DNA of 64,000 bases from an uncultured Thermoplasmata archaeon (GTDB lineage Archaea > Thermoplasmatota > Thermoplasmata > UBA10834). Position 1 is the first letter of the stretch; each line of letters begins with the position of its first letter. The notes below the pieces were generated by a model. It was not told where the DNA came from. It made no database searches and saw only the letters and a program-made list of their open reading frames with translations. Location: positions 96,001 through 160,000 of the forward strand of contig CAVRDX010000003.1 of NCBI GenBank assembly GCA_963719945.1, read 5' to 3'. Positions 30,017 through 39,776 of the stretch are shown piece by piece. Position numbers and translations under genes: made by a program.

Positions 30017-31243
30017 TCAGTTCACCCTGAATCTAAGTATGCCTGCGATGCCGCCGAAAGCCTTCTTCAACAGTTCGCCTTCTTCTGATTCTCCAGATAT
30101 GAATTCAACCTTAGTATTGTTGGCATCCGCCGTCTTGTGAAGCTCTCCGACGAGATCCTCGATGTCATCAGCTTTCATGACGGCCTGGCATTTATCGCAC
30201 TTGATATCATCTGTTGCATTCTGGGTCATCGCTTCCTTCTGGAATCCGCAGCTGGGACACGTGAGCTTGAGCCGTACCCTCCTCATATCCTCCGAAAGCA
30301 GGAGGGCATCAACGGCGCCGATCATCAGGGCGTTCCTGACATTTTCCTCGCCGTATATCGAGAGCCCACCATCCGGTTTCCTGATCTCCTCGAACAGCCG
30401 CTGCATCAGGTTCTTCTCCCTCATGAGGTCAATGTCCTTGAGGGCATCTCTTGCCTTTTCGACCAGTTCCCTGAGGCCGTACTCGTCCGTATAGCCCACG
30501 TCGAATGTGTCTATGACCTTCTTCTGGAGCTCATAATGAAGATACTCGCTCTTGACGAAATACTCCTTAGTCGGCCCAGGTCCTCCGATGAGCACTCCCT
30601 TCAGGTTCTTGTTCGTCAGAAGCGATTCGTTGACGACATCCGCTACCTTCTTGTAGAATTCGTGAGCCGCGATCTCGATCAACCGTTCGAACCTTCGAGC
30701 GGATTGACCTCCCCTGCCATGCTTGCTGGGGACCAGTGACGGTATGTTCTTGATCGGTATGATCCGCTTGCCATGCAGGAGCCCTATGGTCGCCTCTCCC
30801 CTGTCGATGACTATCAGTCCATAGGAATCCTTGTGCTCCAGCATCTGAATGAGCGGTTCTGTGAAGAAGCCGGAATCGCATCTGTATATGAATGTCTGGA
30901 CCGCATCCGGAGGTTCAAGGGTGTATTGAACCATCGACGTCTGGTCAGCAGATGTCGATTTGTGCCCCACGAAGAAGACAAGGCCGTTCTCTGGCGGCTG
31001 TCGCTGCCCCTTCAACCTCGAGAGGATCGATGATATGGCTGCTTGGACGTTCTTTCTCGTGCTCGCGCTCTTTATGTTCGAGGATTGAGAGTACTCATTC
31101 CTCAAATAGGCAGCAACATCAGAAATCTGCCTCGTAGGTGGTATGTACAGAGATATGAGTTCCGTGCCTCTACCGGAGATCTTCTCGACCTCCTCGAGGC
31201 TTCTCCTGAACTCGTATTTCTGCAGTTCCGTTAGCTCAGTCAT
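30017..31243 (-). CDS. prf1: Peptide chain release factor aRF1
   Basis: GRGTELISLYIPP, NIKS, YRCDS, HGRGGQS, FGGIAGILRF. Confidence 0.97.
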   Translation of the reverse strand: MTELTELQKYEFRRSLEEVEKISGRGTELISLYIPPTRQISDVAAYLRNEYSQSSNIKSASTRKNVQAAISSILSRLKGQRQPPENGLVFFVGHKSTSADQTSMVQYTLEPPDAVQTFIYRCDSGFFTEPLIQMLEHKDSYGLIVIDRGEATIGLLHGKRIIPIKNIPSLVPSKHGRGGQSARRFERLIEIAAHEFYKKVADVVNESLLTNKNLKGVLIGGPGPTKEYFVKSEYLHYELQKKVIDTFDVGYTDEYGLRELVEKARDALKDIDLMREKNLMQRLFEEIRKPDGGLSIYGEENVRNALMIGAVDALLLSEDMRRVRLKLTCPSCGFQKEAMTQNATDDIKCDKCQAVMKADDIEDLVGELHKTADANNTKVEFISGESEEGELLKKAFGGIAGILRFRVN

Positions 31244-31305
31244 ACGAGAATCCAGTCCGAAGCTTTTTGTACGGGTTAGAGCGTTCGTCATTATAAAGGT
31301 TGACC

Positions 31306-31989
31306 ATGATGGATGCAGTCGTTTTGTCCCTTGGCGGATCGATACTGGTGAGGGATCCAGACTCCTCTGATTTCATAAGGAAATTGTCCGAGATGCTCAT
31401 CGAAATCTCGTCGAAACACAAGGTGTACGTCGTGACGGGTGGCGGAAGGATCGCACGGTTCTACATCAATAACGGTCGAGCCCTGGGCGCAGACGAGAAG
31501 TCTCTCGACGTCATGGGCATCGAGACGACCAGGCTGAATGCGCGGCTGTTGATAACCGCGCTAGGGGCACACGCATCTCCCGACCCACCTCGGACCTACG
31601 ATGAAGCTGCAGTTGCAGGCATGGAACACAGCATCGTCGTCATGGGTGGTGTCAGCCCTGGTATCACGACCGATGCCGTATCGGCATATCTTGCGGAACG
31701 TGTCGGGGCGAAACGTCTCGTTAATGCCACATCTGTTGACGGCGCGTACACCGCTGACCCGAAGAAGGACAGCAACGCCAAGAAGATACCGAGGATGACC
31801 CACGAGGCGTTGATCGAGTTGGTCGGAACCGACCCTCTCGGAGCAGGTCCGAACATAGTGTTCGATCCCACAGGATCGCAAGTCATTGCAGAGAACAAGA
31901 TCCAATTGGCCATAGTGGATGGCACCGACATCGGCAATCTGAAGAATGCGCTATGTGGCTCGCACTTCTCTGGCACGCTGGTCGGGTGA
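31306..31989 (+). CDS. pyrH: UMP kinase
   Basis: VLSLGGS, VTGGG, TTDAV, TSVDGAYTADP. Confidence 0.95.
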   Translation: MMDAVVLSLGGSILVRDPDSSDFIRKLSEMLIEISSKHKVYVVTGGGRIARFYINNGRALGADEKSLDVMGIETTRLNARLLITALGAHASPDPPRTYDEAAVAGMEHSIVVMGGVSPGITTDAVSAYLAERVGAKRLVNATSVDGAYTADPKKDSNAKKIPRMTHEALIELVGTDPLGAGPNIVFDPTGSQVIAENKIQLAIVDGTDIGNLKNALCGSHFSGTLVG

Positions 31990-31990
31990 T

Positions 31991-32815
31991 TCAGAGTAGC
32001 TCGAACTCTTCGCTGCTCACTTCCCTGATACCCAGCGCAGCGAACCTCTCGCTCAGACCCCTGTAGATCGGTTTCGACATGCTCTTCTTGTGGAAGTAGA
32101 CGATCTTCGCGTCGTTGCTCTTCTGAGCCATCTGCAGTATCATCTCATCGCTCAACGAATCGAGTGCGTAATTGGCTGCCATGTGTCCTATCGAAACCCT
32201 TCTAGCTAGCGCGATATCGGTGTATCTCGGCGCATAATGTCCACCGCCGACTCCTACGACGGATGGATGTCCGTCATCCGATACGGCGAGTATGGATGTC
32301 GCTATGGCTTCTGCCGCATCCTCTCTTCCCCAGAGTTCCTCGTGACTTCCTATCTCGATGTAGAATGCAGGTGCGGTGAGAAGCAGCGGGCCATGGTGCG
32401 TGGTCTCGAATGAAACGTTGAATCCCATACCCTGGGCCTCCCTCGAGAGGCATCTGAGGGCTGATGTCATGAAGCCCGGATGTGTCTTGCACAACGTAGC
32501 GCTCCTGCCACCGAAATCTGCCGAGGAATAGTTGCCGATTGGATGGACCGTCAGTGTCGGTATCTTGGACGCGGCCCTGTGCCTGGAAGCGAATATCACG
32601 ACCTCTATCTCACACCCTAGGACTTGCGAAACCCGTTCATCGATATTGTCCTCATCAAGATGTATGCGGTCGACCTGCACCATCGCGAAATCATCTCTGC
32701 GGAGGACCGGATGCCCCTCAAACATGCTGCTCTCCGACCATCCAGACCTTTCAAGGAGTCTGGACCTGATGTTCATCGACGCATTGTCCTCGGAGGAAGT
32801 GACTATTATCTTCAC
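31991..32815 (-). CDS. dtdA: D-aminoacyl-tRNA deacylase (archaeal DTD2)
   Basis: ASRH, LTVHPIGN, ETTHHGP, IEIGS, GGGHYAP. GTG start after a GGTGAGG RBS. Confidence 0.9.
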   Translation of the reverse strand: MKIIVTSSEDNASMNIRSRLLERSGWSESSMFEGHPVLRRDDFAMVQVDRIHLDEDNIDERVSQVLGCEIEVVIFASRHRAASKIPTLTVHPIGNYSSADFGGRSATLCKTHPGFMTSALRCLSREAQGMGFNVSFETTHHGPLLLTAPAFYIEIGSHEELWGREDAAEAIATSILAVSDDGHPSVVGVGGGHYAPRYTDIALARRVSIGHMAANYALDSLSDEMILQMAQKSNDAKIVYFHKKSMSKPIYRGLSERFAALGIREVSSEEFELL

Positions 32816-32994
32816 GCATACCTCACCGACGATATCCGCAATAACACTTTCACTCGCCAATTGTCGAGACCATCGAAAGGGCGGAGTCGCCCTTCAGGCG
32901 AAAGATGCGATCCTCGATAGTCGCCCACTCAGGGCTGTTCCATTGCCGTATCTCGTCAGGAAAATGCCTTATATCCTTACCATGCTAGACCCAT

Positions 32995-33924
32995 TTGATG
33001 CCAGCGCCAATCAAGACCACGACCATAGGAAGCCTTCCGAGATTCTCAGACGACATAGAAGACTCTCTCGTGAGTGCGATAGAGTTCCAGCAGAGCATGG
33101 GTCTTGACCTGCTCACTGATGGCGAGCAGCGGTCCGACATGGTATCATATTTCGCCGAGTCATTCCAAGGCCTCGATGTGAAGAACGGTTTCCCTGTCGT
33201 ATCTGGCAAGATTCGTCTTCAGGGTAGACCCGAAGAATTCTCGAAGGTCAAGGATTTGGATACTATCCTCGAAAAGTTCCCCGATACTACCATCAAGGTC
33301 GCCCTTACAGGCCCGACCACTCTGGGTATGACGTGCGCCTCGAGGAAGATCGAGTCGCATTACCGAGGGCTACTCGATTTCACGCTCTATGAGGACATCG
33401 CATCAGCCCTTACACCCATAGCGGAGTCATTGATCGACAGAGGAGCCTATGTGCAGATAGACGAGCCCTTCCTCTCTCAGGGTTTCAAGGACTTGCCTGC
33501 GAGGGTGGCCCTCATAGATCGGATTGCAGAGGGGTTGCCACGGAACCATGTCAGCCTGCATGTCTGTGGCTATGTCGGTCGATTCGATATCGTGAACCAT
33601 CTCCTCGGATTGGACAACGTTTCCACTCTGAGCTTCGCATTCTCGGGCCAAATGGAGAAGAGGAATATCGAACACATAGATCGGAAGCCTTTCGAAGACC
33701 ACACCATGACTCTTGGCGCAGGATGCATCTCAGTCTCACCTTTATCCGAGAAGGAAGTCGATTCTACAGACATGGTCAAGACGAAGCTCGGTCAGATCGC
33801 TGATCGCATTGGATGGGAGAATATCGAATATGTCCACCCGGACTGTGGTTTGAGGGCAACCAAAAAGGACCTTGTCCCAATCATCCTGAAGAACATGAGG
33901 GCCGGAGCGGAGCTTTCCCACTGA
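32995..33924 (+). CDS. Single-domain MetE-like methionine synthase (MesA-type core)
   Basis: IGSLP, TDGEQR, TGPTTL, QIDEPFLS, LHVCG, PDCGLR. Confidence 0.8.
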   Translation: MMPAPIKTTTIGSLPRFSDDIEDSLVSAIEFQQSMGLDLLTDGEQRSDMVSYFAESFQGLDVKNGFPVVSGKIRLQGRPEEFSKVKDLDTILEKFPDTTIKVALTGPTTLGMTCASRKIESHYRGLLDFTLYEDIASALTPIAESLIDRGAYVQIDEPFLSQGFKDLPARVALIDRIAEGLPRNHVSLHVCGYVGRFDIVNHLLGLDNVSTLSFAFSGQMEKRNIEHIDRKPFEDHTMTLGAGCISVSPLSEKEVDSTDMVKTKLGQIADRIGWENIEYVHPDCGLRATKKDLVPIILKNMRAGAELSH

Positions 33925-33949
33925 CCCTCTGGAACCTGGTCTGATTGAC

Positions 33950-35230
33950 TTGAGTTCGCCATTGCTCGATGCGGATGCAGCGAGGCGGAATGTCAATTAC
34001 CTCGCCGGCCTCGATTTCATCATCAGCCTGGGCTTCGGCCTCATTCTACCACTCTTTCCAACTTATGTGGAGCTCCTCGGCGGAGGTGGGCTGGAGGTAG
34101 GGATACTATTTTCATCCTTCGTCCTCACGAGGGCGCTCTTTGCGACCACGTTCGGGAACCTCTCAGATCGTTTGGGCAGGAAGCCCATGATCCTATTCGG
34201 AACCATCCTTTATGCGGTTCTGGCAATCCTGTTCGTAGTCCCGAACTCATGGTTCGGCCTCATATTCGTGAGAGGGTTCCAAGGCGTGGCAAGCGCTATG
34301 GTGTGGCCAGTCACTGAAGCTCTGGTCATCGATTCCACGCCTGCCAACAAGCGGGGGGCCTCCATGGGCAAACTCGTTATGGCCTCCAACCTAGGATTCG
34401 TCATAGGGCCATTCGTTGGCGGCTCTCTCTTCATACTCGCCAGTGAATATATGGGCTACACCGACCAGGAAGCCTTCAGACTCCCGTTCTACTTCACCGC
34501 AGCGCTCTCAGTCATAGCCGCAATACTCGTGTGGCGGAAGGTGACCGATGCGAAGGTCGCTGATCGGACCAAGAAGAAACTCAGGTTGCGGGAGTTGATC
34601 CGTCCAGAAGGTGTTGAACCTAAAAGGCTCCGTCACCTGAAGATACTGTATGCGAACGCGATGATGGAAGGCTTCTCGTTCGCGAGCATCGGACCTCTGG
34701 TGGTCTTGTTCCTCGCGTTCCGCTTTTCTATGGGTGCAGGAGTCATATCGATACTGATGGGGGTGGCCATGGGATTGGGCGCATTGATTGCACTTCCATC
34801 TGGTAGGATGGCGGATCGAGTCGGGAAGAAACGAATGTTTGTCATGGGAGGATACGTCGCATTCATCGCCACGATACTTCTCCCGCTCAGTCCCGTGCTC
34901 GCGGTAGTCGTTGTCATGCTAGCTTGCAGAAGCATGGCCTTCCAAGTCTCATCACCTGCTTTGAGGGCACTTCAGGCAGACATCGTCCCCGAGAACGTCC
35001 GCGGGAGATTGATTGGATTACTCGAATCGATGACCAATATGGGATCGGTGATAGGTGCACCTCTCGGCGGCTTCCTTTGGGATACTTTCCAAGGTAGGGA
35101 TTTCGGATTTCCATCACCTTTCGACGGTTCAATGATCCCCTTCCTGCTTTCCGGAATCGTGGGCCTATTCACGATATCCATGGTGCACTTCCTCGTTCAT
35201 GAGGAAACGCCCCAGTCCCCTATGGATTGA
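33950..35230 (+). CDS. MFS transporter
   Basis: GNLSDRLGRK and GRMADRVGKK motif A; about 12 TM helices. Confidence 0.92.
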   Translation: MSSPLLDADAARRNVNYLAGLDFIISLGFGLILPLFPTYVELLGGGGLEVGILFSSFVLTRALFATTFGNLSDRLGRKPMILFGTILYAVLAILFVVPNSWFGLIFVRGFQGVASAMVWPVTEALVIDSTPANKRGASMGKLVMASNLGFVIGPFVGGSLFILASEYMGYTDQEAFRLPFYFTAALSVIAAILVWRKVTDAKVADRTKKKLRLRELIRPEGVEPKRLRHLKILYANAMMEGFSFASIGPLVVLFLAFRFSMGAGVISILMGVAMGLGALIALPSGRMADRVGKKRMFVMGGYVAFIATILLPLSPVLAVVVVMLACRSMAFQVSSPALRALQADIVPENVRGRLIGLLESMTNMGSVIGAPLGGFLWDTFQGRDFGFPSPFDGSMIPFLLSGIVGLFTISMVHFLVHEETPQSPMD

Positions 35231-35344
35231 TTTATTCACTTCAAGAAGGCAATGACGATTCCTTCGTATCATGGCAGAATTGAGAAACACGGATTGCATG
35301 TGATAATCGCCTTTATATAACGGGTTTTCGGATTAATCATCTGC

Positions 35345-37768
35345 ATGGGTGGAACGCTAACAGTTTCTGAGAGGATCATATTCCATCTGAACCAATATCT
35401 CAAACATGAGGACAAATACGAGGTTCCATTCGATGTGACTCAGGATGGGATATCGCAGGCATGTTCCATCTCTCGGGCGCATGCGGCGATCGAGCTTAAG
35501 AAGCTCAAGTCTTCGGGATTGATCGACGAGCGTCTCTCGCATGTTAGGCGAGGCAAAACGAGACGGAAAGCGTATTTCCTCACCCCTGAGGGCAAGTCAA
35601 ATGGCGCGACGATCGTCCAGTACGTGAAAGATAACGGAATCGACCCGATGGTCGACCCGTCCAAGGTAGTGCCGATGACAAATGGGGCGAAGACCAGGGC
35701 TGCTAGGAAATCATCTCCGCTGCCTTCGATCAAGTCATTCTATGGGCGGGAGAAAGAGATTGCATCCATGCAAGCTGCGGTATCTGATTCTACCAGCAAG
35801 ATCGTTTGCGTGAAAGGTATCGCCGGTATCGGAAAGACGACACTTGTCGCGAAGGTCGCATCGGATCTCGCAGGACAGAGAGTATTCTGGCACTCTGTGA
35901 AACCATGGGATGTAACGAAGACACTGATCGATTCGTTGGCGAGATTCTTTTCAGACAATGGGTGTCGGAAATTATCCGCCTATCTCACTTCGGGGAAGGC
36001 TGAACTCGGCGAACTCAGCGTTCTTCTCAACGAGGAACTTGCGGAGAACGGATTCACATTCATATTCGATGATGCTGACGCCTCCGATGACCTCGTTGAT
36101 TTCTTTATGATGTTCAGACACAGCAGCGGGTCTGCGAAGATAATCATGACCGCTGAGGGTGTCACACGATTCTATGATAAGTCCGATGTCGTGGCCAGGA
36201 ACGAGGTATGTGAAATCGATCTCGACGGGCTCGAACTGAATGCATCACTGAGGCTACTCGAAGACCGCGGTATCAAAGGCGATGTGGCGAAACAGCTTGT
36301 CTCATTGACCAAAGGTCATCCTCTCTCTCTTGAGATGATAACCGTCTCGGGTCTCAGCGAGGCCAAATCGCAGGTGTCAAAGTTCCTTGAGGAGAAGTTC
36401 TACGCGGATCTCTCCGACCAGGAGAAATCCCTACTGCAATTCGCTTCGGTATTCAACAGGCCTTTCCCTGCCGAAGCGATACCGAAGGACCTCAGACAGG
36501 TCCGGAAGGGTTCCATGCTCCGCGAGGTGGCTCCCGGTCGGTTCGAGATACATTCCTCATTGAAGAGCTTCGTTTACGACTCGATGCCATCTGATATCCG
36601 TACGTCATGGCACAGTGCTGCAGCCGATTATTACATCAAGGTCGGAGATGGCCCTGAACGGCTTCATCATCTGATCCGTGCGAACAGGCATCTGGAATCG
36701 GAGATCATGATGTCGCGGCTCGGTGAGTCTCTCATGGATGATGGCAACGTCCAGCAGTTGTGGCTCGTCATGAAGGATTTCATCCCAAATAAGACAAAGT
36801 ACGTCCAGTCGGTCACGTTGCTCAAGGCAAAGGTCGCGAACAAGGTCGGCGAGTATTCAGCATCGACGCGCCTTCTCGAAGAGCTTTCCGGATGTGACGA
36901 GGATTCCGTGCGAGCAGAGTCACTGATCGAGCTGGGGAAAATCCGGAGCAAGCAATGTGATCTGAAGCAGGCATCGAAGTTGTTCTCCGAAGCGCTCGAC
37001 TGCGCTCAGGACCTGCCTGCCCAAAGGGCAAAGGCTCTTCGTGGTCAGGGCGTGATTGAGAACAAGTTGGGCAACTTTGAACTGGCGCAGGACCTGCTGG
37101 AATCGAGCGCTCGCGATTCGATGTCCGTCATGGATTCAAAAGGCATGCTGCTGGCCCATCTCGAATTAGGGAATGTCTTCATCGGCCGTGGCCTGTACGA
37201 GGAGGCAATCTCGCATTTCTCGAAGTGCGCGGCCGGGTTCGGCCCGGTAGACCTAGCCAATGTGTATGTGAAGATGGGCATCGCATGCGCTCATCTCGGC
37301 AAGCATGCAGAGGCGAGGTTGCATCTCGAGAACGCTGTCAAGTTGGCGACGGAGACCGGGCAGCCCCGCACGAGGGCATATGCGCAGTCCTCGTTATCGG
37401 AGCTCTTGACCAAGAACGGCGACCCTGCATCTGCCAAGGAACATTGTTTCAGCGCACTCGAGGTATTCACTGAATTGAATGATAAGCTGGGAATGTCGTT
37501 GGCATATGCGAATCTGGGCAAGTCGTCTCAGCTGATGGGTGATTTTGTGACCAGCGAAGAGTACTACCTTGAAAGTCTCGCAGCCATCAAGGATGTTGAT
37601 GCACCAAGACTTCTTGGTATGAGGACGATGGAGCTCGGCCTCGTGTTGATGGACAAGGGCGAAGGGGATCGAGCCAGAAGATGTCTCGAAGATGCCAAGG
37701 CGCTGTCTGAGCGATCCGGATCAGCCGACCTGACAGCTATGATTGAAACTGCCTTGGGCAGACTCTGA
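35345..37768 (+). CDS. wHTH plus STAND-like P-loop NTPase plus TPR repeat protein
   Basis: N-terminal wHTH (TQDGISQAC...RAHAAIELKKL...YFLTPEG), FYGREKE, Walker A GIAGIGKT, Walker B FIFDD, GHPL, C-terminal TPR-like repeats. Confidence 0.85.
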   Translation: MGGTLTVSERIIFHLNQYLKHEDKYEVPFDVTQDGISQACSISRAHAAIELKKLKSSGLIDERLSHVRRGKTRRKAYFLTPEGKSNGATIVQYVKDNGIDPMVDPSKVVPMTNGAKTRAARKSSPLPSIKSFYGREKEIASMQAAVSDSTSKIVCVKGIAGIGKTTLVAKVASDLAGQRVFWHSVKPWDVTKTLIDSLARFFSDNGCRKLSAYLTSGKAELGELSVLLNEELAENGFTFIFDDADASDDLVDFFMMFRHSSGSAKIIMTAEGVTRFYDKSDVVARNEVCEIDLDGLELNASLRLLEDRGIKGDVAKQLVSLTKGHPLSLEMITVSGLSEAKSQVSKFLEEKFYADLSDQEKSLLQFASVFNRPFPAEAIPKDLRQVRKGSMLREVAPGRFEIHSSLKSFVYDSMPSDIRTSWHSAAADYYIKVGDGPERLHHLIRANRHLESEIMMSRLGESLMDDGNVQQLWLVMKDFIPNKTKYVQSVTLLKAKVANKVGEYSASTRLLEELSGCDEDSVRAESLIELGKIRSKQCDLKQASKLFSEALDCAQDLPAQRAKALRGQGVIENKLGNFELAQDLLESSARDSMSVMDSKGMLLAHLELGNVFIGRGLYEEAISHFSKCAAGFGPVDLANVYVKMGIACAHLGKHAEARLHLENAVKLATETGQPRTRAYAQSSLSELLTKNGDPASAKEHCFSALEVFTELNDKLGMSLAYANLGKSSQLMGDFVTSEEYYLESLAAIKDVDAPRLLGMRTMELGLVLMDKGEGDRARRCLEDAKALSERSGSADLTAMIETALGRL

Positions 37769-37793
37769 ATGGCTCCATTCAATTTGGTCAGAG

Positions 37794-39506
37794 TCATCCG
37801 ACCCAAGTGACATGCGTCATCTCACTCGAAGTCGGGTCATAGAGGACTGTCAGCGTATATGTCGAGGTCGAGGAGAACGAATTCGCAGTCAACGAGAGGT
37901 AATCTCCCTGGTTCAAATACCCGTTGCCTGCTAGGTCTGTCACGTTCAACCACACTACGAGTGAGCCCAGCGTCACGGATGCGTAGTTATGCTTCACGAC
38001 TGTCCCACCATCAAGATCGGACGATGATATGTTGATCCACGCAGCAGCATCCGTGCCGTCCGAGATCATTATTGATATGTCCGACCACATTGTCTCAATG
38101 CTGACCGCGGCGAAGATCAGCCTCACGCCATTAGTGATGGTCGACTTAGTCAACTGTGTTGTCGGCGTAATCGTCGTTCCATCGGTTGTGAATTGGTCCT
38201 CTGACATGATTTCGTCGAGCGGTTCATAGATGAAAGCGATGGTGTAAAGAGTATAGTCTTCGAAGGAATCAGTGTTGAGGATGAAGTAATCGGAAACACT
38301 CGCATACCCGTCCCCATCGACATCCACAACAGTCAGTCTTACCACGATATCTCCGAGCGCCTTAGGTCCGTAATCTTGCGAGTCATCAGACTCGTCATTC
38401 AGATCATCTTCAGACAAAGTGTTCCAGGTGACGGTATATTCCTCATCGGAGAGTTCCACTTCTAGGTCAGACCAGATTACCTCGGTGCTGATTCCCAAGA
38501 TGGTAAACATCACGCCGTCGGCGAGCATCTCGCCGCTGACTGACATATATGGGCAATAGAGTGAGTCTTCATTGAATGTATATTCAGCGATAATCCCTTC
38601 GGTCGGTTCATATATGGCTGAGATGACGTAATCCGTTCCATAGTAGAACCCTTCGTCATAGGCGGTGAACCATAGTGTGTCACCACAGGACATGTTGCCG
38701 TCTGCGGAACTATCCACAATCGCCAAAGCAATGATCCGGTCGCCCAAGATCGCACTGCCATACTGCCATACATCATTCGGTTCGCGGCTCAGATCATCCG
38801 ATGATGGTTCCCAAGCGCAGTCGTGATATCCATCTGAGATTGAGATTGAGATATCGTTCCATGAGGTATCAATGCTCATATTGATTACCTGCACGAAGAT
38901 CTCGTTGAAGTAATAGATCCATGTGTCCCCATCGAACTCCCCTGTCGGAGCAGATTGATACGGATCATCCGGGAAGAGATCCCCATTATCTCCAACACCG
39001 TCGCCATCTGAGTCGGATGTCTCTGACGGATCTTCAGGGAATTCGTCCTCGCCATCTCCGACGCCGTCTCCATCCGAATCTACAGATTCGTCTGGGTCGT
39101 CAGGGAAGTCATCAGAATTGTCTCCCACTCCATCGCCATCTGAATCTGCCCATTCATTCTCGTCCTCTGGAAATTCGTCTGAATTATCTCCGTATCCGTC
39201 ATCATCAGCGTCATTCCATTCAGAAACGTCATTCGGGAAATAATCAGAAAAATCTCCTACGCCGTCCCCGTCCGAATCGGACCATTCCGATGGGTCATTT
39301 GGAAAATCATCATTACTATCTGCATGGCCATCTCCATCTGAATCATGCACTGAAGCTAGAGGCGATAGTGATGGACTCATGATGACTGCAGTGAGAAGAA
39401 TCGCGGCGACTCCAACTGATACAGCTACAAGTATCAAATTCATGATGGATACTTGTCTCTTCAACGGTTTGGTGGGAATCGAAATATCATCTGACATGGC
39501 AACCAT
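37794..39506 (-). CDS. Membrane-anchored acidic surface protein with thrombospondin type-3-like repeats and three beta-rich repeats
   Basis: N-terminal hydrophobic helix, six 22-aa DSDGDGVGD repeats, three roughly 125-aa repeats each with DxxGxGx...GD and YxP. Confidence 0.85.
   Translation of the reverse strand: MVAMSDDISIPTKPLKRQVSIMNLILVAVSVGVAAILLTAVIMSPSLSPLASVHDSDGDGHADSNDDFPNDPSEWSDSDGDGVGDFSDYFPNDVSEWNDADDDGYGDNSDEFPEDENEWADSDGDGVGDNSDDFPDDPDESVDSDGDGVGDGEDEFPEDPSETSDSDGDGVGDNGDLFPDDPYQSAPTGEFDGDTWIYYFNEIFVQVINMSIDTSWNDISISISDGYHDCAWEPSSDDLSREPNDVWQYGSAILGDRIIALAIVDSSADGNMSCGDTLWFTAYDEGFYYGTDYVISAIYEPTEGIIAEYTFNEDSLYCPYMSVSGEMLADGVMFTILGISTEVIWSDLEVELSDEEYTVTWNTLSEDDLNDESDDSQDYGPKALGDIVVRLTVVDVDGDGYASVSDYFILNTDSFEDYTLYTIAFIYEPLDEIMSEDQFTTDGTTITPTTQLTKSTITNGVRLIFAAVSIETMWSDISIMISDGTDAAAWINISSSDLDGGTVVKHNYASVTLGSLVVWLNVTDLAGNGYLNQGDYLSLTANSFSSTSTYTLTVLYDPTSSEMTHVTWVG
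38949..39344 (-). repeat. Six tandem 66-bp coding repeats (TSP3-like Ca-binding)
   Basis: Six units of the DSDGDGVGDNSDDFPDDPDESV type. Confidence 0.85.
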
Positions 39507-39776
39507 TTCCTGACTTGTGACTGGAACTGGAGCTATATAAATCTCTCATTGGATGTCTACACAAATTTCTGACTGATCTATTGGGATGTTGTCGTTTGAC
39601 TTTCAAGAATATTCATTTTGGTGCGCAAACTAGCTGCCTGCAAATTGCAGACACCTGAATGGATCTCTTCTGTGCGTGGATCAGGTGGTCGATTCGACTC
39701 GTCCATTATTCAAAACCATTTATCTCACAGAACGTTAGATTTATCCAGAGATATTCGATGTGGATATTTGTCCATT

